A stretch of DNA of 64,000 bases from contig CAVNZM010000008.1 in the NCBI GenBank assembly GCA_963693365.1, forward strand, positions 1,984,001-2,048,000. Reading direction: 5' to 3'. A program made the translations under genes and the position numbers. Of the stretch, positions 12,671-26,109 are shown in pieces. A model generated the notes under the pieces. It did no database searches and was not told the origin of the DNA. It saw only the letters and a program-made list of their open reading frames with translations. The stretch is from Amoebidium appalachense (taxonomy: Eukaryota; Protista; Ichthyosporea). How positions within the stretch are numbered: position 1 is the first letter of the stretch; each line of letters starts with the position of its first letter.

Positions 12671-15600
12671 CTCATAGCCCTCAAGTGGCTCTTTGAACAC
12701 CAATTCAAAGACAAGGTAAGTGTGAGTATACAGATTTTTATAAAGACAGCCTTTGGAAAAAATCTCAATGGCCCAACCATAAATTTTTAGCTCTAGACAA
12801 AGCTGTAGTTGTGTCATTTGAAAGTTTCGGAGAATTCGTAGGATTAGAATTTGAAACAGAAACAATCCAATCGCATTGCACGGAATGTTAATTGCGTGTT
12901 CCATCGCCAATCAAAAGTCCACTTTACCATAGAACTGATTAGCATACGCTTGGAAGGCAACGGTTATCATCTAGATCAATAATGCGATTGGGCGTATCTA
13001 TCCAAAAATGTACGCCATGTTGATGACAACGGACAGATACTTCTTATCTCTAGAACCATAGCATTAGTATGAATATAGAATGTAATACATTTGACTATAA
13101 ATATATATTTATCATAAATAATGTATTAAGAAAGGCTAGTAGCCGCCCTACACCTATCCCTGGGTTGATATCCAGTCTACGAGATCTAAGGCAATCAGTG
13201 TATGGAAGTTGATTGGGTTAAGGTCATCGGTGGCTAATACCATTGCTCAGTTCTTTAGATGGTATATAAACGACCCACAGGCATTGAGACGACAGTTGTG
13301 ACTCCACTTGTGTTCTGTTTTGAAAGTTTCTCGTTGTGTTGTTTCCTCCTCTTCCCTTATTTCCCTCGACTTTTTCCTGCCACACGTCCTTTCTTTTTGC
13401 ACTAGATACCCTCTGAAGCACACTTCGTTCTGGCATAGGTTTATCATCTTCTCGTGGGTTTCTTGTCCTAAAGCCTTCCTCGCCCAGTCGTCTTCTCTGC
13501 TCCACATGACCTTTCGTCTGTCCGTCAGTTTCGCTGTTCATTCAAGTCAGTATCTCTCTTGGCTTTCCTATGTTCATTGTTGTATGACTCGCACGTTTCC
13601 CTCTGTTTTCTGCAACATGTGACGCCTCCCTGGCTCGACTTCCTGTGTCCATCTTGCGTCCATCTTGCTCGCCCTGGGTTCTCTCTGCCAGCATGCATCA
13701 AACACGGGTTCCAGACCTTCCCAGAGCCAGAGCCAGCCCAGCAGCAACTTGCAGCGAGTAGAGCGGCTCCCTCAGCCAAGCCCGAGAACTACCATAGCCA
13801 GGTTACTGCCAGCTGCCAGCTAAGTGATAGCCAGATGCCCACCCTTTCTTGTGTCTCGTTTTTGTCCTTGTGCTTTTCTGTTTGGCACACGCCTGCTATT
13901 TTTTGCCTTGCTGTTATGTTTTGAAAAATATTTGATTCTAGTTTTCTTTTCAGCCCGTTTGCTGTGCCTGCATGCTCCGCATTCATTGCCTGCTTTCTCG
14001 TATGTATGCCCTCCCCCCCCCCCCCCCCCCCCCCCCCCTATTCCACATGCTTTTGCCCTGTTCTGTGTTGTGAAGTATTTGTGCAGGACCGGTTTTCTTG
14101 CCCCTGCAGGTTTCATTGTCACACGTTCAAGCGGTTGTACGAGCGCACTATTCAAGAACCCTTCAAACGTTCGAACCAAGAAATACCCTGCCCTGCGCTC
14201 CCGTGAACCAGTGTGCGTTTATCCCGTGGTCCTGGCTCGCCTCGATTATCCATTACACACCGTCATCCCAGTATGTCAACCCATTTCGCCCTCCGTCTAA
14301 GAACGACTCGTTCCGTTCTTCAATATTCTATTGAATCAATATTATTCACACTTGAGCTCTTTTTCGGACGGAGCTCTTTTTCGGACGCTTAATTTTTCTC
14401 AAACGTTGTTCACTTTTCTTCACCCTTTGTCACACTCTTGTATTCCTTCATCTGCATAGATTTTACCAGACACACTCTTTCCTCCCTGCCTTGATTTGTC
14501 GCTAGGCATGTTTTTTTCTTTCCTCCCTTTTGATTGATAACTCGTACTATTGGCATTACACACACTACGTGTACAACCTTTCTAAAACCATAACTCTTTT
14601 TGCTACTGCTACTGGGATATTACACATTGGTTGCTTCGTCGGCAGACCCTGTTGTTTGTTTGGTGTATGCGGGATTTTTTTCCAGTTTTCAGGTCGATGC
14701 TCCTTGATCCGTTGGCAAGATTTCCCTCCCCTACGCACGACCGGTACGGTGTTGGCCGAATCCAGCTGTTCCAACTGCGTCCTCCCGACTTTTCCCAGCT
14801 GGCCGAATCTGCTCGTTCAAGTTTGTTCTTCCGACTTCCCCGGTTTTTAGAAGCCTGCTCGTTCACTTCTCGTTTCCATCCTCGACTTTTCCACCTGCAA
14901 CTAGACTTCGGTAAATTTTGTGTTGTGTTGCGTGGATGCCTTATACCGATACTTAAACCCAACCCCATTTCACCCCAGTTACCCAAAGATCCAAACGTAA
15001 ACCCTTCCATAAATATATAAATCCCTCACCTACCCACCCAACAAATCCTTACCCTCATCGACACCTCTCCCTCACCCACCTAACGAACAAACCTCGACAA
15101 TGAAACATGAACAACGACAAACAAATATTGCAAATTGCAAATTACACGTAACTCTTGACGTAACTCTTGAGCAACTATAACTATCACGTAACTCTTGAGC
15201 AACTATAACTATCAAGCAACAAGACGCAACTGCAAACAAACAGCGTGCAGCAGCAACATACGTCTGTGTCCTGACACTGTAAGTGAATGTGTTCTTTGTA
15301 GTCCTTGATTTTTCTTGTTTCTTTATTTCGTTGCTTCATTTTTCTTGTTTCTTTATGCGAAGTAGTAGCTTGTTATATCGATTGGACTCTATTGGCCACA
15401 CTCTGCGAGTGAGCATGTTTGTTTCTGTATTGCATGCATTGGCATGGCATATGGGAGGAGGCACGGTCCTTTCTCTGCAGGGTCGGACACCTTGACAGAA
15501 GAGGCAAACACGCCCAAGCGCAACATGAAACGGTAAAGCAAATGCAACCGAACCCGAATACGAGCCAGCCCCATTTCGTGCCTCAGATATTTTCCCCGCC

Positions 15601-15682
15601 CCCGCCCCTGCCCCCGTCCCCGCTTTTTCCAGCAACCCCGATCGCATGCACTCCTTCCTTCTACAGCAATCCCGATCCTTAC

Positions 15683-15804
15683 CCAGCTCCACTTGGTGCC
15701 TCGGATTTGTTGCCCTTGCCCACCCCCTTCAATAACCCCAATCCAGCTCCACTTGGTGCCTCGGATTTGTTGCCCGTGCCCACCCCCTTCAATAACCCCA
15801 ATCC
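15683..15804. repeat. 60-bp tandem duplication
   Basis: CCAGCTCCACTTGGTGCCTCGGATTTGTTGCCC(T/G)TGCCCACCCCCTTCAATAACCCCAAT x2. Confidence 0.9.
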
Positions 15805-16697
15805 GTGTTGAATGTATACCCGCCATCGACTACCCTAATTCCCTTGGCCAGTTGCACAGTGTAGGAAAACGGTAACACCCACCATTCGTTGCATGCTCTC
15901 CCGATGTCATATGTCCAGTGTGTTTTGTTCGGATATGGGTACCACGGCCCCTACAGGTTATCTGTACAAGTTGCGAGTGGTTTTGTGCCGAGACGGAACG
16001 GTGTGCGAGTGGTACGGTCCATGGAATGAACGAAAGTCAGTCCACCTTGACATGGTATGTTGTTTCTTTCTTGCATGTGCATGGCAGCCTCGATGTGTCG
16101 GGTGGTTTTGCACAGATGTGGCCGGGGATGATGATTGTGAATCCGGAAAACCGTGCTCCGTTCTATCGAGGTATGGGCCCGTGTGCCTGCGGTGTGCATT
16201 ATGTTCTCGCTTCAAAGGTACGGTTTCTTGTTTGCCGTCGGTCATTTTCTCGCAGGTCATTTTCCGCAGATTTGTTTAGAGTTGGAGTTATACGGCCGAT
16301 CATGATGTTGAACCTCAGCGCGCCACGGTCTGATGTGTCTGGTGCGAGTGTACCTTCCATCTGTGAGTCCTTGTTCCTACCTTCCTCTTGACTTTTTAGA
16401 ATTGGTATTTCCATAGTACACATACACACATTCTCTCTCTCTCTCTCTCTCTCTCAATTATATGTTTACTCCATATTGATTTTAATCCTCATTTCTCTTG
16501 GCACGTTTCACCTACATTTAAACATTTCCTTGACTTCTTAGACTTCCCGTTTCCTTGTTTCATAGCAACTTCTTAGACTTCCCTTTTCCTTGTTTCATAG
16601 CACGCATACACTATTATTTTTGTTTCATAGCACACATATACTATCATTTTTGTACGATACAATATCTTGTCACCTTTCTCTTTAACAAACACTTTCT

Positions 16698-16910
16698 GCA
16701 CCTATTACCTCCCTTTCTTCTGCATTACATACTTCTATGTCGATAGCATGCCGTTTCGCCCATCCTTGTTTCCATCCACACAGCCCCCTCGAATCTCCCA
16801 CCCACGGCACCTATTACCTCCCTTTCTTCTGCATTACATACTTCTATGTCGATAGCCTGCCGTTTCGCCCATCCTTGTTCCATCCACACAGCCCCTTCGA
16901 ATCTCCCACC
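16698..16910. repeat. Tandem duplication of about 109 bp
   Basis: GCACCTATTACCTCCCTTTCTTCTGCATTACATAC...GAATCTCCCACCCACG x2. Confidence 0.9.
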
Positions 16911-17541
16911 CACGGAAACCAAAACCACACTCCCCACAACGAAACCACACATCCTTCTCTTGATTGCAAACGGAAACATCGGATTTTTAAAACGGAATAA
17001 TCGGATCCGGAAATTGTGTCCTGAAGGAAAGAATCGTATCGGAATTTCGGATTGTTTCGTGTCGTCTCGTTTCATTACGGCCCCTTCCCTTGTGTCGTAT
17101 CACATGCCCCCTGGTGTGCACGGAGATTTTGTCGCCCTCTCAGGTATCGAGTTCAAGTGAGAGGGTATCGAGTTCAAGAGCCGTAATGTTTGAGCTGGCC
17201 GGACCGGCGCCACAACTTGTATGGGATATCTGGGACCAAACTGCAACGGGCAAAGATTACCGTGAGTTCACTTGTCCCCTCTTGTATGCACCACAAGCCC
17301 AGTTTGTCTGGTTTGGGACTGCTTGCCTGTGCATGTGTATTTGTGCCGTGTGATGTGTATGCATGTGTGTGTGGAAGGTTTTTGGGGTCATAGGGTATCC
17401 TGGATACTTCAACTGGTGCCTCGAATCCACCTGGCTGGATGAGTGCATCTTCGTGTCCATCGAGTCCGGTCGGCTGTGTCCCAAGTAACGTGTTTGCCGC
17501 AAGTCCCAAGCGTGCATCGTGCTGGAGTGCATATTCGTGTT

Positions 17542-17719
17542 CATCGTATCCCCTTGCGCGCACCACAAGAGAGTCTCAAGAGTCCCAAGTGCCCATCGTG
17601 TCCCCTCCGTTTGTGTCCATCGTGCTTGCCATCGTATCCCCTTGCGCGCACCACAAGAGAGTCTCAAGAGTCCCAAGTGCCCATCGTGTCCCCTCCGTTT
17701 GTGTCCATCGTGCTTGCCA
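17542..17719. repeat. 88-bp tandem duplication within a CAAGAGTC-rich segment
   Basis: CATCGTATCCCCTTGCGCGCACCACAAGAGAGTCTCAAGAGTCCCAAGTGCC...CGTGCTTGC x2. Confidence 0.9.
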
Positions 17720-17910
17720 CGTCACAAGAGTCACAAGTCAAGTTTCCATGGGTGTGGGGTTTTACTACAGATCATCTGCGTACCGTGCTGTTGTATCCAA
17801 AGTCCCGAAAGTTCAAGAGTCCCAAGAATCCAAGAGTGCAAGAGCTTCCGTGTGGTTGTTGCCCCTTTTTATTTTCCTTCTCTCTCCACCATTCCCTCCC
17901 CCCTTCCCCC

Positions 17911-18101
17911 ATATACGCGGGCTAAGGGGTCGAAACTCAGACGCAATTGATGACTTGGGCCCTCCCTGAGGATGGGCTCTGCTTATGACGCATACTGTGC
18001 GCATGGCTGATGCTGCATACTTGAATGTTTGCCTTTGCATGTGTCCTGCACCATGCTTCTCATCGTGTATGCGTACTTCGTACTGTGTTCCGCATTCAAA
18101 A
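17911..18101 (+). mobile_element. Family A retroelement-like copy, intergenic, more 5'-truncated
   Basis: Reverse complement of about 28751-28941. Ends CATTCAAAA followed by about 20 C; C-rich sequence on both flanks. Confidence 0.8.
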
Positions 18102-18870
18102 CCCCCCCCCCCCCCCCCCCCTCCACCCTTCCCCAAAACACACACACACACACTTCCCTTCTAATCTCCCCCCCCCCCCCCCCCCCCCCCATCCTCTCTT
18201 TCTCCTCCCTGCTATCCTTTTGCCCTTCTTCTTGCATACTGTGCCACATCCAAATCCCCTATTCCCCCACCACTCCGGCTGTTCCCCACGGCCATCATAA
18301 CTCCGGGGGGTGCCGAAAGGTGCCCACCCACCCACCTCTCAAAGAACGTATCGTGCTGTTCGAAAGCGGTGTTTATCAACACTGTATACAGATGTATATC
18401 CCTTCACCTGTGGTTCGTACCTCAGCCAAGCCACATGTATGCAGTGTACATGTTTGTCATGAATAAACGAAACATGACAAGAATAAGCCAAGCCTCCCCC
18501 ACCCCCATCCCACCCCACCCCAGGGCAGCCGTCTCCCTTCACGACTGGGGGAGTACTATGAAATCCCTTCCCCTCCCTCGTGATTGTCTGTTCAGTTTTC
18601 AAAAGGTCCTTTGTACAGCCAAACCACCCTCCGCTCTCCCCCTCCTCTATCCCACATGGGAACTGTGAAATCACTTCCCCCTCCCTCGTAACCGGTGTCG
18701 TTTTCAAATGACCTTTGTACAGCCAAAACCCCCCCCCCCCCCTCCCCCCCCCCCCCCCCCCCTTCTTCTCTCTCTCCCGCACGTGAACTGTGTGTTTATG
18801 TGCCGCCTGCTCAGCCCGGTTGTTACTTTCTGAAATCCCATCCCCCCCTTCCCGGCTTACATGCGTGAAA

Positions 18871-18909
<39 letters not shown>

Positions 18910-19575
18910 CCCCCCCTCTCCCCCGGTGCCTGCATGGTGCCGCGGTGATATTGCCCTTCTACCTCGTGACCGTGTGTGTGTGCGCCACATGCGTCGTTGT
19001 CCCTTGGTCCCCCCCCCCCCCCAAACCCACCCACCCACCACCACTACACACACGCACACGCACACCCACCCCTTCCTCCTCCCTCCTTCTCGTTCCCCTT
19101 TCTTTCTCGTGTGCTATCATGAAGCTCAGGGATTGTTATTATCATTGCATGGGCTCATGTGTTCATGCACCACCACCCTGACATGTCTTGACCGGACACC
19201 GTGTCAGTCTTCGATCTTTTATTTGCTTCTCGAATGGTACGAAATAAATAACTCTCAACGTTTCGGAGGGAGTGTAAGCAACGGGCTCCCATATCATGCT
19301 TTCATATGTTCCATGCCGACGACCAAAAATAATTACTCATGTTCACTTCTCCTAACATTAATCAATCACTCTTCTTTCGAATCATTTGGCATCACAATCA
19401 ACCTAGTACTTTCATTACCCCCTCTTCCGATCAATTTTCAACCTGCAAAAACCCCCCTACAGTAACTTGTAAAATCAATACCAACGTCACATTACCTTCC
19501 TGGACAACCTTTTTAACCCAACACGCCACATTCAATCCTAATTCTAACGTCCAAACGTCCAAACCCTCTTCCATT

Positions 19576-19675
19576 CGAACACTCAAACAGTTATCCAATT
19601 TATGCGCCCAAGCCCAGTTTGGTGCGAACACTCAAACAGTTATCCAATTTATGCGCCCAAGCCCAGTTTGGTGCG
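19576..19675. repeat. 49-bp perfect tandem duplication spanning the THOP1 stop codon
   Basis: CGAACACTCAAACAGTTATCCAATTTATGCGCCCAAGCCCAGTTTGGTG x2. Confidence 0.95.
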
Positions 19676-19750
19676 GAGGAAAGCCTCGGGCTGGGGTTGG
19701 CGGCCCAAAAACTTAAGCAGCATGTCACTGGCATCCTGACTGCCCCCGGG

Positions 19751-19825
<75 letters not shown>

Positions 19826-22760
19826 CGCGCGCGTGTGCGTGCGAACGTGTGGGTGTGTATGTGCTTGTGTGTGTGTGTGAGGGTGTAGTTCCGTGGGGCG
19901 CGTCTGTGAATGGGGTGTGTGTGTACGCGTGTGTGCAATTGTGTGTGCGTGAAGGCACAAGTGTGATGTGTAAGTGTGTGACTTCGTGTTTGTATCCACT
20001 AATGCCTTTGTGGTGGTGGTTGCTGTGTGGTTTCCTTGGGGAGGGGGACGGGAAGGGGAAGGGGAAGGGGAGGGGAGCCAGGGGGGGGGGGGGGGGGGGG
20101 GGGAAGCAGGATGTCAGCGACGGCTCATCAACTTAGCTACGGCAAAAGAAACTCAGTAATACCGTTATCATAAATACTTGACTCACCGGCGGCGAATCAA
20201 GCATGCTTGCTGTTTGCTCTTCCTTTTTTTTTTTTTGCTCGCCTCAGTCATCGGCGAGCAAAAAAAAAAAAAGGAAGAGCAAAGGAGGAGGACGGGTACC
20301 GGGGAGGAGGGGGGGGGAGGGGAGGGGGGGGGGGGGGGGGGGGGGGGGGGAGGGAACACAAACCACAGCGGCATTGGGTAGGGAGATTCGGAAGAAGGTG
20401 AGGGGGGAGAGGAAGAGAGGGATGGGTGGGTGAGTGGGTGGGGTGGGGGTGGGGTGGGGTGGGTGGGGAGAGGGGGGAGATACATACCTGGAGGATCTGA
20501 GTGCGGTAGTCCATGCCCACAGAGGGGTTGAGAATGCCCTCCCGCTTGAAGCGTGTCTCGAACATGTCAAACGAGAACACCTCGCTCCACTGTCCCCAAC
20601 GACCAAGCTATTAGTGTAAGTGCAAAATATTTGAAACTACCGGCATATGGATGCAGATATCTGAGTGCTGTTTCTGTTTCAGGGGGTATGTTTGAGCAGC
20701 ATCTTGTTTTCATGCACACCCTGGGCATTGTTCGAACCCTAAGACGACTAGATCCGTTGAGGTGTCATGATTAAAAACATCCGAGAATATCTGAGCATTA
20801 ACACGACACTAGCGCCGGGTATCAAGGTTTGGGATACGCCTTGGAGGAATCGGAATTAGTGGTTACACTAAATTTAAGCAACAGCATTTTCCTAAGCGGC
20901 TCCTATCCATACACTTAGTGACTTACACTCGATCCTCAGCTCCTTGCTTTCAGTGAGAGGTCTGCGTGTGGTTGGGTGCATGAAGGAAGGCGGGAGGAGG
21001 GGGAGTTCGTCTGTGTGTGTGTGATTTGAAGTGTGTGTGTGTTTGGGGGAAGGGGGGGGAGGGGGGGGGGGGGGGGGGAGGGGGGGGGGGGGGGACACTG
21101 ACCATGTATCCATAGTATTGGCCATCATAGCCACGAGCCACATGGCCAAAGGCTGCAACCATGTTGGTGCCTGTGTGTGTGTGTGTGTGTGTGCGATTGT
21201 GTGTGTGTGTGTGTGTGCGATTGTGTGTGTGTGTGGGGGTGTGGACATGTCAGCGTTGTGAGCCCGAAATGCTCTTGTGAGCAGGGCACCAGAAAAGCCA
21301 AGAAGCCCAGAGCCGACAAGGTGATTGGAGGGATGCACATGACTGGGCAAAACACAGCTTTGTAGCCCAGTTTCCAGATGTTACACGGATTACATCCCTC
21401 CCCCCCCCCCCCCCCCCCTCCTCCCCCCCCCCCCCTCCCCTCCCCCCCCCCGCCCCCCAAAAAAAACAAAAACAAAAAAAAAAACCAAAAAAAACACCCA
21501 CATACACCACACACACACCCACACCCACACCCACCCAACCATAACCCCCCCCCCCCTCTCCCCCCTCCCCACATACACACATACCCCCCTCCCCCCCCCC
21601 CCCCCCCCCCCCCCCCCATACACACATACACGTACCCGGCGTGTACGGGAAGTCCATGTCCTTAGCCAGGGATTCAACAAGGGCTCTGGTGTCTGTGCGT
21701 GGCTGCCGGTAGATGGTCTGATCGATGGTGGCTAAAAATAGCTGCCGCATGGTCAGGTAGCCTGCACTGGCCTGCGAGGTGGTGTGTGTGGGAGGGTTAG
21801 AATTTGTTAAAGGGTAAGAGTTACACATTGATAAGGGGCAACATAATGTAGGGGCAACATAATGTAGGAGTTGCGGTGTGTGATGTTGGGTGGAAGTGGG
21901 AGGAGAGTGGGTGGGTGGTGGTCGTGGCGGTAGTGGTGGTTGGGGGGGGGAGGGGGGGGGGGAGGGGTGGAGGGTGGTGGAGGGAGGGGGGGGGGGGGGG
22001 GGGAGAGCATGGCCAGCGGCAAACGCTGTGCGTGCATGTGCTTGTGCGTGACACACTGCACAGAGACAGATACGCACTGCGGCATACGCAAGCACACACG
22101 CACGGACACACGCCCGCACACGAAGATACCAAAATTGCGTCCGTGTCAATAATGGAGATAACAAGCTGGTTTTATGCCCACTGAAGAATCACGCCAACAT
22201 TTGAGGCCAATGTGCATATCCAACCACCCAATGCCTAAATCTAACCCCCCCCCCCTCCCCTGCTTTTTCTTTTTTGCCCGTAATTTCATTCGTGATCTTA
22301 TCATTACCATTCTTACCATTATTTTTTGTGTGTGGGGGCGTGTGTGGGTGTGTGCACGTGTGTGTGCTTGCGTGTGTGTGAGGTGTAGTTGGCGTTGTTG
22401 GCCTTTGGGGAGAGAGGATTAGAAAGGAGAGAAGGGTGTGTGTGTGTGTGTGTGCGTGTGTTGGGGGGGGGGAGGGGGGGGGGGGGGGGGGGGGGATAGT
22501 AGCTACCTTTCGTGAGGCCACCAGTTTCTCGATCAGATCATTGGGGAGAAGCTCCTTGGTCTTGTAGTGGCCTGAAAGCATGCACACAGTTAGGCTAGGT
22601 GCACACAGTCCATCCATCCATGCACGCGCATGTGTGCACATGTGCCTGTGTGCAGTTATGTTTTTGCACGTGTTCTTGGACTCCCCTGCATGTAGGTGAA
22701 CATCATCGGGTGGCTGGGAGGAGGGTATGGGTGGATGTGTGCGAGTGTGAACATTCGGGA

Positions 22761-22826
<66 letters not shown>

Positions 22827-22892
22827 GCCAGGCCAAAGAACGTCGGTAACGAGATCAGCCGAGGGAAGGGGGAGCGGGGGATGTTAGGGGCG

Positions 22893-22932
<40 letters not shown>

Positions 22933-23780
22933 CTAATATGCACCAGAGAGCCAGCGCAGTGGTTCTTCCTCCCACACCCAATTCTCAAGCATCTGGGAGG
23001 GTGCCTCCACAAAGTCACGCTGCAGATTTGAGGGGTTAGAATGAGTTAGACGGGCAAAGCACACATTTGTAACGACCAACCCAATGAGGATTGTGCAAAA
23101 ACGAGCACACAAAAAGTATATGTATCACTGGGGGAGGGGGCGGGGGGAAAAAACGAGCACACAAAAAGTATATGTATGACTGGGGGAGAGGGGCGGGGGG
23201 AAAAAACGAGCACACAAAAAGTATATGTATCACTGGGGGAGAGGGGCGGGGGGAAAAAACGAGCACACAAAAAAGTATATGTATCACTGGGGGAGAGGGG
23301 CGGGGGGCCGCGGGGGGCGGGTGTTGGTCTTATGTAGCAAATATGATTGTTGTGATGTGAGTTTCTTCCTGCAAGGCCAGTGTGAACGTATTGTCTGTAA
23401 AGGAACGACTTGCGCGCGATAGGTTGCCACCCCACTGGTCATTCATTCATTCACGGTGTCAAGGGAAAAGGGTGTGTGTGCCAGTGTATGGGATTGCAAA
23501 GGGTAAAGGTTCATCTTTAGTATGTACATGTGTGGCAGGTGATTGTCAATATGCACAATATGTGTTGCTATTAGCGGCAGCATATGATCTATGCACTACA
23601 ACTTGCCTGCCAAAGTCCTGCCAGCTTGCGTGTGTGTGTGCGTGTGTGAGGGCTTCTGATCTCTACATTTTTTCGTGGGAAGAGGGTGTGTTTGTGTCAC
23701 GGGGGACGGGAGAGGATGGGTGGTGTGTGCGCGTCCCGTCTTCTTCTTCTTCTTCTTCTTCTTCTTCTTCTTTTTTTTTT

Positions 23781-23824
<44 letters not shown>

Positions 23825-23898
23825 TGGGGCTCTACCTCCACCTGTGTGCCTGCAAACATGGCATAATTGGCCTGGCTGCAGATCTGGTGCATCACATG

Positions 23899-23941
<43 letters not shown>

Positions 23942-24137
23942 TTGTGTGTGTGTATTTGTGTACGCGCACATGTGTGTGTTGGGGTGAGGAGAGGGGGGGG
24001 AGTGGGGATGTTAGTCTGGGGTCTTTGATTAGAGTGTATGGTATCCACTTCCACATTCATCCATCACCCCCCTTCCCCCTCCCCTCAATTTTCTATTATG
24101 AATAAATCAAACAAAAATTACCCCCCCCCCTCTCAAA

Positions 24138-24209
<72 letters not shown>

Positions 24210-24606
24210 GAGACCAAAGAATGACAGAAATGGTGTCTAAGGCCTCCGAAGTGCCCCCCTTCACCAAGTAAATAATCCCTGTGCATCTAACAGCATGGTC
24301 CTGGTTCGATTTCACCTAAATTGATGTCAACTCCAAACTGGTGCTGTTTGGGGGGGTGGGGAGGGGGCGGGGGGGGGGGGGGGGGGGGGGGGTGTTTGTT
24401 TTTGTGTGTGTGATGAGGGGGGGGGGGGGGGGGGGGGGGGGGGAGGGAGGGGGGGGGGGGGGGGGGGGGGGCTTGTCACCGTGCACTTTTCTGGTGTTCC
24501 ATCTTTGTGTAGGCATGTAGAAATGGGATGGGGACGAAGGAGGTGAGGCGCATAACAAGGGGTGGGTGGGTGGGTAGGTGGGTGACTGGGTGATGGTGGT
24601 GGTGGT

Positions 24607-24642
<36 letters not shown>

Positions 24643-25021
24643 GGGGGGGGGGGGGGGAGGGGGGGGGGGGGTTTACATACCCGAACTCATGGAAGAATGT
24701 CTCGACTGTTGATGGCAAAAATGGGCCCGACACAAACGTGTTAGAGGTTGCATTAAGTGCAGCTATTGAATCCCTCCCCTCCCCTCCCCACCCCCCTGAA
24801 AAAAGGAAAAAGATAAAATGGTCCACAAACCACACACACACACACACACACAAACACAAGCACCCCCCCCCCCCCCCCTCCCCCCCTCCCCACACACACA
24901 CATCCACCCCTCCCCAGCCACAAACACCACACCGCCGCCCTAACAAATACCCCTCCAGACCATTCTCATCCATGCCTCATTCCCCTTCTGCTTTATGCTT
25001 ATCCCCCCCCCCCCCCCCCCC

Positions 25022-25064
<43 letters not shown>

Positions 25065-26069
25065 GGGGGGGGGGGGGGGGGAGAAAAAAAAAACAAAAAA
25101 AACAACTAGCACCAGCAAGAAAAACCATCTGATGCTTGCATTGTAGAAAACTCTACCCACCCACCATGCAAAGACCACAACGAAGGAAAAAGATGTGTGG
25201 GGAACGGCGTGGTGGGTGGGTGTATGGATGGGTTGGGGGGAGAGGAAGAGAGAGAGGGGGGGAGGGAGGGAGAGGGGAAGGGGGGGGGAGGGCGGGGTCC
25301 AACCTTCTGAATGCTGGAGCAGTGAGGGGACATCGTGGTGGGGTTTTGTGAAATTGCACACACAGGCTGCAACCGTCACCTGCGGGGGAAGGGGGGAGGG
25401 GGGTTTAAATACAACCTCAGGAACATGAAAGTCGAAGGGGGTGGTTTGATGGGGGTGGGGGGAGGGGGGAGGTTTAAAAGCGGAACACGGTACGAAGTAT
25501 GCATACACGAGGAAAGGCATGGTGCAGGACACATGCAAAGGCAAACATTCAAGTATGCAACATCAGCCATGCGCACAGTATGCGTCATAAGCAGAGCCCA
25601 TCCAGGAGGGCCTAAGTCATCAATTGCGTCTGAGTTTAGACCCCTTAGCCCGCGTATATACGACGCTCCAACTCAGACAGCAGCATCAACTGAACTTGGG
25701 AGGGTCAACCCGTCTCGATCAAAGACGAGCAGGGTTGCTTATGCAAGCAAGGTGAGCAAAACAGTGAAGATATGTGTGCAAACTAATGCAGTGCAGCGAA
25801 AAATGCATATGTGCTTACAGATGCACGACACAGAGCAACCATGCCCGGTTGCATGGGGGAGGGGGGGGGGGGGGGGGGGGGGGGGGGAGGGGGGGATGGG
25901 GGACATAGCACTAAAAGTGACTTCTAGGTGGGCATAGACGTTTGAATGCTCAACTGTTGGGGTGGGTAGCTGTGAGGTGCATGGGGAAGGGGGAGGGGAG
26001 GAGGGGAGGGGGGGGGGAGGCAGTGGTATTGGGCGGGGAGGAGGAAGACGGGGGGAGAGGGGCCGAGGA

Positions 26070-26109
<40 letters not shown>

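Noticed and set aside
17925-17985. Hammerhead ribozyme (GAAAC ... CTGAGGA) or SECIS in family A
   Set aside because: I could not build stems I-III in any permutation, and CTGAGGA sits in a simple hairpin. SECIS spacing and the AA loop are missing. An Infernal search would be decisive.
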